A stretch of 64,000 bases of DNA, from positions 2,294,001 through 2,358,000 of the forward strand of contig NC_042999.1 in NCBI RefSeq assembly GCF_006345805.1, written 5' to 3'. The notes under the pieces were generated by a model. It ran no database searches and was not told the DNA's origin. It was given only the letters and a program-made list of their open reading frames with translations. The number at the start of each line of letters is the position of its first letter. The first letter of the stretch is position 1. The stretch is from Octopus sinensis (lineage: Eukaryota). This document shows positions 25,723 to 39,312 of the stretch, in pieces. The translations under genes and the position numbers were made by a program.

Positions 25723-26820
25723 TCTGCCTTAGCAAAGGAGGAGATAGTTTTCAGTTGTGTTTGAATGTTTGTCTGTGGACAAGATATCTCAAGAACCGCT
25801 GGATGGATTTGGATGAAACTTTCAGGGATGTTTTGCCTTGTGACTGCCACGAACTGATTAGATTTTAGGATCGAACTGGTACCGGACAAGGATTCTGAAT
25901 TATTTGTTATATCTATTTTACTTTACACAAAGTATTAAGATCTTATGTTCACTTTTAAACCTTTCTCTCATTATCAGCCTTGAAACCATGTTCATGGTTT
26001 GCATGTCAGCTATGGTGGCATTACTGTTTCCAAAGTTTTATTTTCATTTCTCTATTATTAATTTTACTTGTGTCTCTATCTTAGTAAAAACTGAGGGATA
26101 AAGAAATGAAACTATATAAACAAGCAGCAGCAAAACCGTTCAGAAATTACATAACCCTAATATATTCAGTAACAATAATAAATTTAATCTATCCTTGACA
26201 ATTTTTAGTTTTACCAATTTTGAATACATCGCTCCCATTTAAAACCTCTTATCTACTTGACAATTGTGTTTCTAACTAAATCTTGAAGGAAGTTCTACTT
26301 CTTGGGCTCATGTTTTTATGCACAATGATGTTGGGATCAATCCAGTACTGGGCAAGGATTCTTGATTATTTGTTATATTTGCTGTACTTTACATGAAGTA
26401 TGCAGGTAAAACACTGTATACAGGTCCTTTCTGTTTTCTTTTATACATGGATAAATTTTTCACTATAGGCCTAAATGGTCATAAACACACTATATCAGTG
26501 GATAGACTAAAAAAAAAGGCCTTTGTAGAGAAAACCGTCCCTGTGCCCACTGCAGACGACACACACAATACGGCCCACACACCCACCTTCACATTCCATG
26601 ACTACCATTTGGATCGATCCGGTACTGGACAAGGACTCTGAATTATTTTTCTGTTTTTTTACTTCATTTTTGAGAGTAGTCGGGTTCATTTTCAGTATTT
26701 TCATTTGTGAAAGCATTCGAGTATATTTCAGATATTCTCATTTTAAAAATCAGCTCGGGTTAATCGTTGTGAGGACATTGGTGTTGCCTTGACAAAGGTT
26801 TGCACTCTGAGTGCTTTAAT
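25716..26820 (+). mobile_element. Helentron-associated (HINE/DINE-1-like) non-autonomous element
   Basis: 5' attacctctgccttagcaaaggagg; three internal copies of ggatcgatccggtac(c/t)ggacaaggattctg; 3' hairpin gcactc-t-gagtgc at 26802-26814 followed by a T-rich end. Confidence 0.55.
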
Positions 26821-26864
26821 TTTTGTTGTCGTTGTTGTTGTTATTATTATTATTATCATTATTA

Positions 26865-26909
<45 letters not shown>

Positions 26910-27178
26910 CATTATTGTTGTTGTTGCTGTTGTTGTTGAAGGCAGTGAGCTGGTAGAGTAGCTAGCATGCTGGACGAAATGCTTAGCAGTATTTCGCCCG
27001 TCAATCCGTTCTGAGTTCAAATTCTGCCGAGGTCGACTTTACCTTTCATCCTTTCGTGGTCGATAAATTAAGAACCAGTGAAATTCTGGGAGTCAATGGA
27101 ATCAACTAGTCTCCACCCCAAAAACATCAGGCCTTGTGCCTATAACAAAAAAGATTATTATTATAATTATTATTATTA

Positions 27179-27212
<34 letters not shown>

Positions 27213-27547
27213 GAGTGAGAGAGCAGTGCATGCCATCAAAGTGACACTGGGGTAAGATATACGAAGCCCAGTATACCCATCATGACTACCCGTCTGATAA
27301 GGGTACACCAGGCACATGCATCACAACCATGTGTGCGCAACATGGTGATCTCATATCAAGATAAACAGCGCATGACCTTGCATGTGAGGCCCAGTTAGAA
27401 TTTTCTTCAGGTCAAGTAACCCATCCCGCTCAAAAGGTCCCTGAATAAGGGTTGTTTAAGGATGTTGAACGAAACACCCATGTTTCCAGAGGTGAATTAT
27501 TCAAACCCCAAATTATTCAACACATGGCTATGATGCTCCCCTACTAC
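27213..27547 (-). mobile_element. Truncated copy of the 557-bp TAA-embedded element
   Basis: Homologous to 19342-19680; between TTA tracts. Confidence 0.85.
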
Positions 27548-27550
27548 TTA

Positions 27551-27605
<55 letters not shown>

Positions 27606-27789
27606 TGTTATTATTATTACTGTTATTATTATTACCATTATTGTTGTTGTTATTATTATTATTATTATTTAGCATTCCTAACATCAATAATGCTTCGGTT
27701 GCCACCCACCACCCGCCACCCCTTCTGATAACTAATGAACTGCATTACACTTAATGCTCTAAATTGTTATGACTAAAAGACTTATCTTG

Positions 27790-28405
27790 GCATCAATTAT
27801 TTACTCCCCACTTGAGACAATGTGGCAACAAAGGTAGCAGCGATAATGATGGTAAGCAGGAGGAGGCGGAAGAAAGAGGCGGGAGGTGTGGTGGGGGGTG
27901 GGGGGCGAAGATTCAAGAAGATAAGGATGCATTGATGAGGGAGATGTGGGCGTGATGGTGGTGGTTGGGTGGGTTGGGGGTGTAATGACGTGGAAGACAA
28001 TGACAATAACAGGAGGGAGTGATGAGGAGGGTGATAATAAGATTTATGATAATAATGATTTAGGCTGATGGCGCTGATGATGATGATGATGGTGATGAAG
28101 ATGATGATGATGATGTTGGTCATCATCATCATTATCATTAACACCACAACCACCACAATCACCACCACCATCATCATCATCGTCATTGTCATCGTCGTCG
28201 TTGTCATCATTCATAATCAGCAATCATGAATGATGGTCAAGACGATAATAATGAACATGATGACAACTTCAATGATGATGATGATGATGACCCTTATCAT
28301 TAATGTCACCACCACGACCACCACAGTCACCACCACCTCCATCATCATTCATAATCAGCGATCATGAATGATGGTCAAGATGATAATAACGAACATGATG
28401 ACAAC

Positions 28406-28449
<44 letters not shown>

Positions 28450-28470
28450 AGATGGAACTGATGACGGTGA
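27790..28470. repeat. (GAT)/(CAT)/(CAC) cryptic trinucleotide block with a ~138-bp direct duplication
   Basis: cattcataatcagc(a/g)atcatgaatgatggtcaaga at ~28208 and ~28346. Confidence 0.8.
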
Positions 28471-28883
28471 CGGCGAAGGAGAGTTGATTTCACTGTAGGT
28501 GTTCGTTTTGGGTTCAGTGATTGATGTTGTAGAAATGGTAGTTGCCATGGTAATTGGCGCTAGCTGTGTGAATTGAGCGGCTCCCATGAGGGCGGTCAAC
28601 AGGGAAGTGGTGTGATAGTAAAACGGCGGGGAGTATTCTTTCTCTGTCTCAGCCCTCGCATCTTTATTAACTTTTACCTGTTGTATTCATTAGATGGCAC
28701 CACCTTGAGGAATTTTTAGTCGAATGAATCGACCCTGCTGCTTGTCTCTTTTTTGAGGTTAGTGCTTATTGTATTGGGCTCTTTTGCTGAAGCGCTAATT
28801 TATGGGGATGTAAACATACCAACATCGGTTGTCAAGTTCAATGGAGAGGGAAAACATAAACTCAGTCATACACACACACACAA

Positions 28884-28920
<37 letters not shown>

Positions 28921-28942
28921 ACGAAAAAAAAATATATATATA

Positions 28943-29525
28943 TCAGGTCATCCCATAAGTTCTGTCCGAATTTTGAATAAAGAATCCAAGTGATCAAATG
29001 TTATATTTAATTGAAATTTAATCATCAATGTACTTTCCCTGATTATCTACGACTTCCTTCCATCTATTTACAAGCTTTTTAATCCCATCAATGTAAGACT
29101 CTTTTGGTTTCAAAATGAACTCTGAAATGTCAGTTTCAATCTCCTCCTGGCTTGCGAAAGTTATGTCCCCCAAATGATTCTGTAAACTATGAAACAAAAG
29201 GTCGGAAGAATAAGGTGGATGAGGAATTTATTCCCAACCAAGCTCTTCGATCTTCTATGATATGATCTTCGCAGTGTGGGGGTCATGCATTGAATGATGA
29301 AATACTCCTTTTTGATTCACTAAAGCAGGTCTTTTCTTTTTCAAAGCTTGGTTCAAACACTCTAATTGCTGACAGTAGACTTGAGCATTGATTGTTACAT
29401 TAGGTGGTAACAGTTCAAAGTGAATTACTCCTTTGCAATCCCACCAGATAGAGAGAAGAACCTTTCCCCCATGATGTTCCCTTCTCAGTTGTGGTTGAGC
29501 TTTTTCCCTTTTACCAAGAAACTGT
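28943..29525 (-). mobile_element. Mariner (DD34D-type) transposase relic with one TIR
   Basis: KVLLSIWWDCKGVIHFELLP, PHTAK, HPPYSSDL, LFHSLQNHL, GIKKLVNRW...NQGKYIDD*; TA followed by tcaggtcatcccataag terminus. Confidence 0.88.
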
Positions 29526-30042
29526 ATCTATACAAACTTGAATTAAACTCTACATACTAAGTTAAATTGATTTAATAAGAATAAATATAACAGCATAATA
29601 TGCCATTTTTCCAATTATATCTACTTGAGCTTTCTTATACTGAACATTCCAGATGAATATATTGTTTTACAACTCCATTATACACAACCTTACTCTCCTT
29701 CTATGGTCTCTCCATTTTTATTTTTATACCTTGTTCTGTATGTATAAATGTTATCAGTTAACAGTTTGCAGCCATTTACTGAACATAAGGAAATTGGACA
29801 CCTATATTGTATAGCTTTATCTACCTCTGAAGAGATTCGACTGACAAATAATTTTTAATTTAATTAATTAATTTTCTCAGGATCTGAATTGAAACAGCTG
29901 TAAGGGATGTTTGTCAATTTTTTAATTAATGAATAATAATTTATTAATTACCTCTCTATTTTCTCAACTTATTATATATATATATAAATATATATAGCCT
30001 AGAAAAACTTTGTGCAAGAATTTAACATCCAGGACATTACAA

Positions 30043-30830
30043 ATAAAACTTCGTTTGTAGACTTAAATATTCAGATAGAAAACAGCAGATAAATCCCGTC
30101 TGTTTACTCCAAATCATAAATAAGTACGTATGCTTACATAGAGACAGCGACTGTCCACGCAAATATAAAATGTCTCGTAAAATGTTAACATAGCAAGTTT
30201 TTACATTCTCCCCACATAAGCGAAAAACTAGATAAAGAACTCCGCAGAATAAAACAAACACAAGTCAACAATGGTTATCCTAACACTGGAACAGACCAAG
30301 ACTTTGAACAATGCAAGCACAAATGTCCAGACACCAAAAGCCATTAAAAATCAACAAAACCGACATAAAGAGCATTACCTGAATCACATGCTTGATAACA
30401 AGTGACTTGGTGAAACACTTTATTGCAAACCTCGTAAAAACAGCACAAAACGAATTATAACAAACGATAAGTCAACACATAGAATAAACCGAGAAAATAC
30501 GAAAACGAAAACTTGCTCATCGATAATTGACCGCGAGCATGTGAACCTGCGAACAAGCTACTAATGAGTGATGTGATTTATAAATTCGATCTCAGGCATG
30601 GACATTGTGAACCTCATAGCTCTAACTGTTACATCGGGCATGTTATAATCATTATGTTACTGTCGGTTCAAAATTCGCTTAAAAGTAAGCCAGTAGAGAT
30701 CGCAAAACTAAATGATATTTGATTATAAAAACGTTAGTGGACAATATACCCATATTCTGTGGAATTCTCCTCAAAATAAAATGATTGATGGTGGAAGAAG
30801 GCATCATAGTAAAGCACAGCGCTAATAGAA
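30043..30830 (+). pseudogene. Decayed Penelope-like retroelement ORF (RT thumb plus GIY-YIG endonuclease)
   Basis: SFVDLNI..., CLHRDSDCPRKYKMS, DKELRRIKQTQVNNGYPN (from 30231), SDVIYKF...CEPHSSNCYIG, LMVEEGIIVK; multiple stops and frameshifts. Confidence 0.75.
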
Positions 30831-30962
30831 ACACATGTTCAGCATATTCCGACCACAGACAAGACTACATAACACATCTGAGAGAGATGGCAGATACACA
30901 CGTGTGTGTGTAGTGTATTTTTTGTATGTGTCTAAGTGTGTGTGTATCTCTCTTTCTTTTCT

Positions 30963-31357
30963 CTCTTTTACTTGTTTCAGTCATCTGACTGCGGCCATGC
31001 TGGAGCACTGCCTTTAGTCGAGCAAATCGACCCCGGGACTTATTCTTTGTAAGCCCAGTACTTATTCTATCGGCCTCTTTTGCCGAACCGCTAAGTGACG
31101 GGGACGTAAACACACCAACATCAGTTGTCAAGCAATGCTAGGGGGACAAACACAAACACACACACACATACACATATATATATATACATATATACGACAG
31201 GCTTCTTTCAGTTTCCGTCCACCAAATCCACTCACAAGGCATTGGTCGGCCCGGGGCTATAGCAGAAGACACTTGCCCAAGATGCCACGCAGTGGGACTG
31301 AAACCGGAACCATGTGGTTGGTTAGCAAGCTACTTACCACACAGCCACTCCTGTGCC
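30963..31357 (-). mobile_element. SINE family A, full length
   Basis: Reverse complement of the 24793 copy. Confidence 0.92.
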
Positions 31358-32287
31358 TATATATATAATTGGAACAAAAACACAATAGAGGGCCTTAAAA
31401 CGTTTAGATAGATAGACGATACAAAGGCGGACAAGAGAAACAACAATTAGAAGGACAGGCAAAAAAAACGGGTCTTTCTTGGCTTTCTTTCTTCAGTCAA
31501 GTACCAGAAGTCATGGCCATTTTGGACAGTTACACATCAGATGGTTCGATCTGGTTGTCCCAAAAAAAGTCTAAGCTAAGTGCATTAGACCCCTTTGTAA
31601 GAAAGCTAGAGAATGTGTACGGCAACAAAGAGGAAAAAAAAACAAACAAATAAAAAAAGAGAACATGGTACACAATTATGAATACAACAAGAAATAACAA
31701 CAGGCGTCTTTTGACTGAGAACAATTCAAAATTGAGCTGGTGTGTATGAAGGCAGGAACATGGACACAAGATGTGTTGATGGTGGGCAGTTAGGCCAAGA
31801 AAGAAAGATCGTGGCTGGCCGGACTCCAGTCACGTGGAGGGAGGAGAGATGGGTAGGGGACATCGGGTTTGAAGGATTAAAAAAAAACAGACAAAGAAAA
31901 AGGTACAGGGGAAATAAACGAGTGGCAGTTAAAGTAAGAGAGGGCCAAGAAATGTGAGAGAGGGGGAGAGAGAGAAAGGAAGAAAAACGAGAGGGGGAAT
32001 ATACGATGGACTTCTTCCAGTTTCCGTCTATCAAATCTACTCACAAGGTTTTGGTCAGCCTGAAGCTATAGCATAAGACACTTGCCCAATGTGCCACACA
32101 GTGGGACTGAACCTGGTACCATGTGGTTGGGAAGCAAGCTGCTTACCACACAGCCATGTCTGCGTCTATTTATAAATTTTTCGGCTTTCAGTTGATTTAA
32201 CATAGATAACTCTGCTTCATATATTGAGCACTCATTCCCCCCACCATTTTGTTTATCATAGTCATTGCATTCACACAATTTTATCAT

Positions 32288-32320
<33 letters not shown>

Positions 32321-32335
32321 AACATATATATAAAC

Positions 32336-32376
<41 letters not shown>

Positions 32377-32467
32377 CATGTATATGTATACATATACATA
32401 CATATATATATATATATGTATATACATACATACATACATACATACACATATGCATATGCATATACAT

Positions 32468-32504
<37 letters not shown>

Positions 32505-32521
32505 TACATACATACATATAC

Positions 32522-32576
<55 letters not shown>

Positions 32577-32989
32577 ATATACAGTCTGATTATAAATAGC
32601 TGAATCTAGAAAAGCATAAGTCGAATGATTTTTGCCAAGAATATCCAAATTCAATCCAGAAAATCTATGAAATTTCTGATAAGTAAAACTGAGGAAATCA
32701 TAAAAAAAGATGGAGATGGCGATTCTATTTCTTTGACTCGAAATACCAGGAAGGAAACTTTACAAGAAATAAGTTCGGATTTAGATCATGAAAGAAACTA
32801 CCATTTATCAAAGACATTGAATATTTTGTTTGAAATTAATCAGGCATCTGAGAGTCTGTGGTTCGGGAGAAGGACAAGCAAATCCCTAGATATGTGTGGT
32901 AAGAAGTTTGCTTCCCAACTACATGGTTCTTGGTTCAGTCCCACTGAGTGGCACATTGAGCGAGTGTCTTCTACTATAAAGTTAATCCA

Positions 32990-33165
32990 AACAAGAAAGC
33001 ACAAAAAACACAACAACGCGAGGACGTGGAACAAATATAGTATTATTGGACGCTCAGGAAGGAAGGAGAGAAGGAGAGGTTAACGTTTCGAGCGGAGCTC
33101 TTCGTTGGAAACATTGGAGAAGGAAACATCCAGAGAAGGGAAAACAGAGGAAAAAAAAAACGGGC
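32990..33165 (-). mobile_element. Short PLE-terminus-like repeat with hammerhead-like half core
   Basis: Minus strand caacgaa gagc-tcc-gctc GAAAC GTTA; related to 37550-37720 and 57905-58030. Confidence 0.45.
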
Positions 33166-33459
33166 TGACCAAAACTTTGTCAGTGGATTTGGTAGACGGA
33201 AACTGAAAGAAGCTCGTCGGTGTCTGTGTGTGAGTGTGTGTCTTTGTGTCTGTGTTTGTCCCCAGTCACTGCTTGACAACCAGTGTTGGTGTGTTCACGT
33301 CCCTATATTGTAGTGGTTCGGCAAAAGAGACTGATAGAATTAGTACCAAGTTTTAGAAATATAGATACTAGCAGAAGTTTATTCGACTAAAAATTCCTTC
33401 AAGCTGATGCCACAGTAGAGTTTCAGTCTAATAACTGGAACAAGCTAAAGACAGAAGAT

Positions 33460-34060
33460 CAGAATCATATTGGACACTGTATAATGTACGAATTCAAAAC
33501 TGGGATTCAACAACAATAGTGGTAAAAAAAATATTCATTCTGTTTATGAAAATGAAATTTTAAGAATCTTGACATGCCAACGATGGTTTGGACAATTTTG
33601 CTGGGTCTGAATCATCAGGTTCTGTCAATACTGAGCGTCTGAAAATTGTTGCTGATGAAAATCTAAAACGAACGGCACCAGAATTAGCAAAACAGTCCCA
33701 CGTTGATCATAGAAAAGCCTGAAACTTGGTCAGTGGTCCCTCATCATCTGACTGCTTCTCAGTTTAATCAAAGAGTCGTGCTTTGATCGTCATTGATGTG
33801 TAGTTTTGCAACCAATCCCCTCCAGGCTAGAATCATCACAACTGATCGAAAGTGGCTTTCATATAACAAAAATGACAATAGTTATTGACCAATGGCAAAG
33901 GAGAATCCATCTCCAAACCTGGTCTACACGCAACAAAAGTTATGTTCTGTTTTGATGGAATATGAAGAGCTTTTTTACATCATAAAGTGTTAAACCAAAA
34001 CGAAACATTTAAAGCGCGGATGGTTACTGTGGAAACAGTTTATTGTCAATTGGAATAATT
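33460..34060 (+). mobile_element. Highly degenerate mariner transposase relic
   Basis: HCIMYEFKTG, TCQRWF, VPHHLT, RIITTDRKWLSYN, SKPGLHATKVM. Confidence 0.75.
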
Positions 34061-34390
34061 GACCCCAAAATTTGTAAAAATCGACCATCATTGGTTAGTT
34101 GTAGGAAACCGTTGCTCTAATAAACTAATACAAGAACAGAGAGTGCCGAAAAGTTCCTGGTTCTATCTGTGTCACGAAAGGCCTGGGAGAAGGCTCAACT
34201 TTCCGAGTTCTTTTACAGGGCTTAGAAAAACTGAAGGACCGCTGCAATATGTGCGTGAATTTGAGAAGGGAATATATTGAATAAAATGTCTCTTTGCATT
34301 GAGTGTTCAAATTCCACCTGATTCAAAATGTGGCTTTATTTTTAATTGAACTTAAAGATGAACATCCGCTACATGTTGAGGATGATTTAA

Positions 34391-34611
34391 CCCTTTAGTG
34401 TTCACATTATTCTGCCAAAATTAATGCTTTTTTATCCACATTGTTTTGAACTAATCATGCATTATCTTGTAGCTATGAGATTTTGATGAGGTAGCTGTTA
34501 ATTTTTGAAACGATATTGTAGGGTTGGTGTGAGAGACCAGATCTGGCCAGTTTGAACATAAAACAGGCAGTGTACTTTTGGCCTGATATGGTCAGTTTCA
34601 ATGCTAAAGGG
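34391..34611. mobile_element. piggyBac-type MITE, 221 bp
   Basis: TTAA on both sides (34387-34390, 34612-34615); TIR ccctttagtgtt versus reverse complement ccctttagcatt. Confidence 0.85.
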
Positions 34612-34784
34612 TTAACAAACAGCTGCTCCGAACCTTCTCCAAAAGAACACACATATTTTCATATGATTACTAGATGAATTAACGAAGTGAAGGAGTGTAG
34701 TTTAGTGGTTAGCATATTCAGTTCACGATCTCAATGTCATGAGTTCAATTCCAATCCATTCAGCTGGCAAGAGTGGGTTGTACC

Positions 34785-35017
34785 TATTTCTTTACTACCC
34801 ACAAGGGGCTAAACACAGAAGGGACAAACAAGGACAGACAAACGGATTAAGTCGATCATATCGACCCCAGTGCGTAACTGGTACTTATTTAATCGACCCC
34901 GAAAGGATGAAAGGCAAAGTCAACCTCGGCAGACTTTGAACTCAGAACGTAGCGACAGACGAAATACTGCTGAGCATTTCGCCCAACGTGCTAACGATTC
35001 TGCCAGCTCACCGCCTT
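34785..35017 (-). mobile_element. SINE B monomer with 16-bp TSD, nested in an older tRNA-headed SINE (~34690-35215)
   Basis: TSD aagagtgggttgtacc at 34769-34784 and 35018-35033. Confidence 0.9.
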
Positions 35018-35699
35018 AAGAGTGGGTTGTACCAATAATACAAAGGGACGGCCCTATCACATTCTGTGTGACACTGAATCTACTTGAGAACTACGCAAAG
35101 GACACGCATGACTGTAGTGTGTCTAATCACGTGCAATATTAATTTCAGGAGTCGGCTGTTCCGTTGATCAGATCAACTGGAACCTTCGTCGTCATCACTG
35201 ACGGAGAGCAACCAAAGACGAATTAATCAATATGTTAGGTTAGCCAGTATGTTAGGTTGTTTAACGAATAACAAATACGTTTGCTACATACATAGACTCA
35301 CTTCATTTTTACCTTTAATGACTTAGATTTTCAATCACAGTTACAGCGAAGTTATTGTAACGTAGAAACATTCTAATGAATCAATTAGTGAAAGCTTACA
35401 TTCCTTTATCTGATACGGTCGTTCATTAGACGCTTCAGTAATGTCAATACTTTTATCCCAGGTATAATACAACAACGCAAAGCAGCTGGACGACAGTTTC
35501 TGAAATCCGAAGGGAGACTTTCTTCAATTTCACTGTCATTGTTAACTCAATAACTCTGTAAATCAAGATAAATTGCACATTCAAAGCGGAAAAGTAAATA
35601 TCATAATTCTCACCATGTTACTTCGTTTTAAATGAATGCTTTGAGCGTAAATGTGTGTACATACATAGATTCTGACATACGTTTGTGTGTGTATTTATA

Positions 35700-35859
35700 T
35701 ATACACTTTCGCTCTCAAAGACACACACACACATATATACATACACATGTGTGTGTACGTGTTATATATATATATATATATAATATTATGTTATATACTT
35801 ATATATATATATTATATATATTATATACTTATATATATATATATATATTATATTATATA

Positions 35860-35901
<42 letters not shown>

Positions 35902-36230
35902 AATATATATATACATATATATATACATATATATATATACATATATATATACATACATATACGTATACACACATATAAATATGAATATATATATCCATAT
36001 ATATCTGTATATACGTGTGTATGCATTTATATATGTATATGCCTGTATATATGTATATATGTATGTATATATATATGTATGTAGGTATATGTATATATGT
36101 GTATATATGTATGTAAACACACACACACATACATATATACATTCTGAGAGAAGGAGGGAGGGCGGGAGAGAGAGATAGGTTGATTTATTGATAGATAGAT
36201 AGATGGATTGATAGATAGATTAAAAAGAAA
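35700..36230. repeat. Compound (TA)n/(TACA)n low-complexity block
   Basis: Directly visible. Confidence 0.95.
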
Positions 36231-36472
36231 CACGACCACACTCATAGTTTTCAGTGTTTATGTATGGAATCAAGATTACAATTTCAAAGTAATTATATAA
36301 AGATTTCAGTTTATATAATAACGCACAATTCTTTTCTTTCCACTCTTGTACTTCTGCTTCAAATCAGTCGTCTAATTAAACTAAATCTTCATCATTATAT
36401 ATTGCATATACATCTGAAAAGTTTTTCCCTGTAAGTCTTATCTCATTCTCTCTCTTTCTCTCTCCATACATA

Positions 36473-36518
<46 letters not shown>

Positions 36519-36520
<2 letters not shown>

Positions 36521-36689
36521 CACAGGAGTAGCTGTGTGGTAAGTAGCTTGCTAACCAACCACATGGTTCCGGGTTTAGTCCCACTGCGTGGCATCTTGAG
36601 CAAGTGTCTTCTGCTATAGCTCCGGGCCGACCAATGCCTTGTGAGTGGATTTGGTAGACGGAAATTGAAAGAAGCCTGTCGTATATATG

Positions 36690-36724
<35 letters not shown>

Positions 36725-36940
36725 GTGTTTGTGTGTCTGTGTTTGTCCCCCTAGCATTGCTTGACAACCGATGCTAGTGTGTTTAGGTCCCCGTCACTTA
36801 GCGGTTCGGCAAAAGAAACCGATAGAATAAGTACTGGGCTTACAAAGAATAAGTCTCGGGGTCGAGTTGCTCGACTAAAGGCGGTGCTCCAGCATGGCCG
36901 CAGTCAAATGACTGAAACAAGTAAAAGAGTAAAAAAGAGT
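36519..36940 (+). mobile_element. SINE family A, full length
   Basis: As the 24793 copy. Confidence 0.92.
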
Positions 36941-37388
36941 ATATATACAGTAATCCCTCGCCATATAGCGGTTTTATTATTTAAGCTTACGTTGATTCCT
37001 CCGTGGTGTTGTTTTGCATTTATAATAAAATAAATATATACAAATTATAAAAATAATTAACAAATATATACAGAGGAAACTAGCATCAATGAATAATACG
37101 GCCAAACACAAATCTAAAGACAAACTGAAAAACGAAGAGGGAGGGCAAGTTTAAAGTCATACTTTTGTGGTCAGTTTCAATGGACACAATTTGTAGAGTA
37201 CAAATTTATTATTCTTTCATAAGAATAGTACAGTTAGTGTCTTCAGCTAGCTGAGCTATCATCAGAAAGAAACAAGGAGAGAAAATAAAGAAAGTGTAGT
37301 GGCTAGCAATCTATCATGACGAATACCGAACAGAGGGGTCACCTGTATATGCATGTGCGTGTGTATATGTATATATATATGTATATAT

Positions 37389-37481
<93 letters not shown>

Positions 37482-37549
37482 GTATGTATCTATGTATGTT
37501 TATGCATATATATATATATAGATCGTTAGCTCCTACACGCATTTTTTTC

Positions 37550-37720
37550 TCTCCTTGTTTTTTTTCTGTGTATCTTTCTGTCGAAGAGCGTAGGCTCGAA
37601 ACGTAAAAGACTTTTTCTATTTCTATTCCTGAGCGCTATACTAATACATTTGTTTGTTTGTACTCCACCTGTCTTCGTCTTTTGTTTATTTTCGTAAACT
37701 TTCCCTTTATATATATACAT
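37550..37720 (+). mobile_element. PLE-terminus-like repeat with atypical hammerhead-like motif
   Basis: tcttt CTGTCGA a gagc-gtag-gctc GAAAC GTA aaaga at 37573-37610. Confidence 0.5.
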
Positions 37721-38228
37721 AGATAGATAGAGCGGGAGAGAGAGAGGAAGGGGAGAGAGAGAGGTAGGGGAGAGAGAGAAAGAGTGACAGACAGACAGAG
37801 AAAGCTAACAGCAGGCGAGAGAGAGAGAAAGGGAGATGAGAGTGAGAGCGGGAGTGAACATGAGTTATTTCAAGTTTCATGTTTTTGGAAAACAATTTCT
37901 AAATCCATTAATTTTTCCTCAGCATAAAACAAGTGAAACCGTTTATTGAAATATCCTAATATTCATTTCCGTTTTAGTATTACGGGAAATTACAGAAGAA
38001 CACTCCTTTTCTGAGATATGCATTTATTTCTCATTGTGAAAACATGTAGGGCAACGAGAATAAGGGAAAGAAATGACGAAAATAATTTCTAAATAGAAAG
38101 AGAAAACTGTTATGGAAGAAGTCGGTGGGGAGGAGAAGGGGGTTGAAAGAAGAAAGAGGAAAATGATAAGGAATAACGTGTTCATTCACCTTATAAATGT
38201 ATATGCAAATATGTATATACATGTATGC

Positions 38229-38261
<33 letters not shown>

Positions 38262-38837
38262 CATACATATACACACACATAAAGTGAAAGGGGGGTACAG
38301 TGAATATATGAATATATATATATATATATATACATACGCATAGATATATATACATACATACACATACATATATATACATATGCATATATATTTACAGGCA
38401 TGCATCCAGACACATTTATATGTTTGTATATATATATAGGCGAGCAATTCAATTTAAACTGGTTGTATGCATACATACATAAACGTATATATGTATGCAT
38501 ACATTCGTATATGTATTTGTATCTATGTGCTATCTGTGTATATTCCACTGATGAGGCAGAGCATTTCTTATGCAAAGTCAGAAATCCGGGATCTGGAATT
38601 ATCAGTAATTTTTTGCTAGTTTATTTTGTATTTTTGTCCTCTCCTGGTGCTATATGAACATTGAATGTGATTTTAGAGTCAAGTTTTGGCTGCTATATCC
38701 AGTGTGGTGGTATCTCTTAGATACCCTAAATTATGATTTAATAATAATTATTACCTTTGAAGGTTTTTATTCCCATGCTGGCCACTTGATAAGATCGATA
38801 TCTAAATTAACGATCTTCCTTATTTATTAAATTATTA

Positions 38838-38884
<47 letters not shown>

Positions 38885-39057
38885 GGGAAAAAATCCAAAT
38901 TTACAGGGAAAAATCAGATTTAGGATTGAATCCAATTTTATAGTAAAATATTATATAATATTAATTAGAGACAAAACCACTATTATGCAAATCAAACAAA
39001 GAAAGACTTAATCCAATACATAAAAAATTTTATATAAATTAAATAAAATTAAATTAG

Positions 39058-39103
39058 CCACTACAATTGTTTCATGTCTCTTCTAAGGACATTCATCAGG
39101 TGG
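39058..39103 (-). ncRNA. Minimal type I hammerhead ribozyme (mirror copy)
   Basis: Reverse complement of 39174-39219. Confidence 0.85.
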
Positions 39104-39173
39104 TTTTCAGATCTTCTATTCAATTTTAAGTTATGAAGTCTCATAACTTAAAATTGAATAGAAGATCTGAAAA

Positions 39174-39219
39174 CCACCTGATGAATGTCCTTAGAAGAGA
39201 CATGAAACAATTGTAGTGG
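39174..39219 (+). ncRNA. Minimal type I hammerhead ribozyme, intact core
   Basis: ccac CTGATGA atgtc-cttagaaga-gacat GAAAC aatt GTA gtgg; palindromic stem III acaattgt. Confidence 0.85.
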
Positions 39220-39312
39220 CTAATTTAATTTTATTTAATTTATATAAAATATTTTATGTATTGGATTAAGTCTTTCTTTGTTTGATTTGCATAATAGTGG
39301 TTTTGTCTCTAA

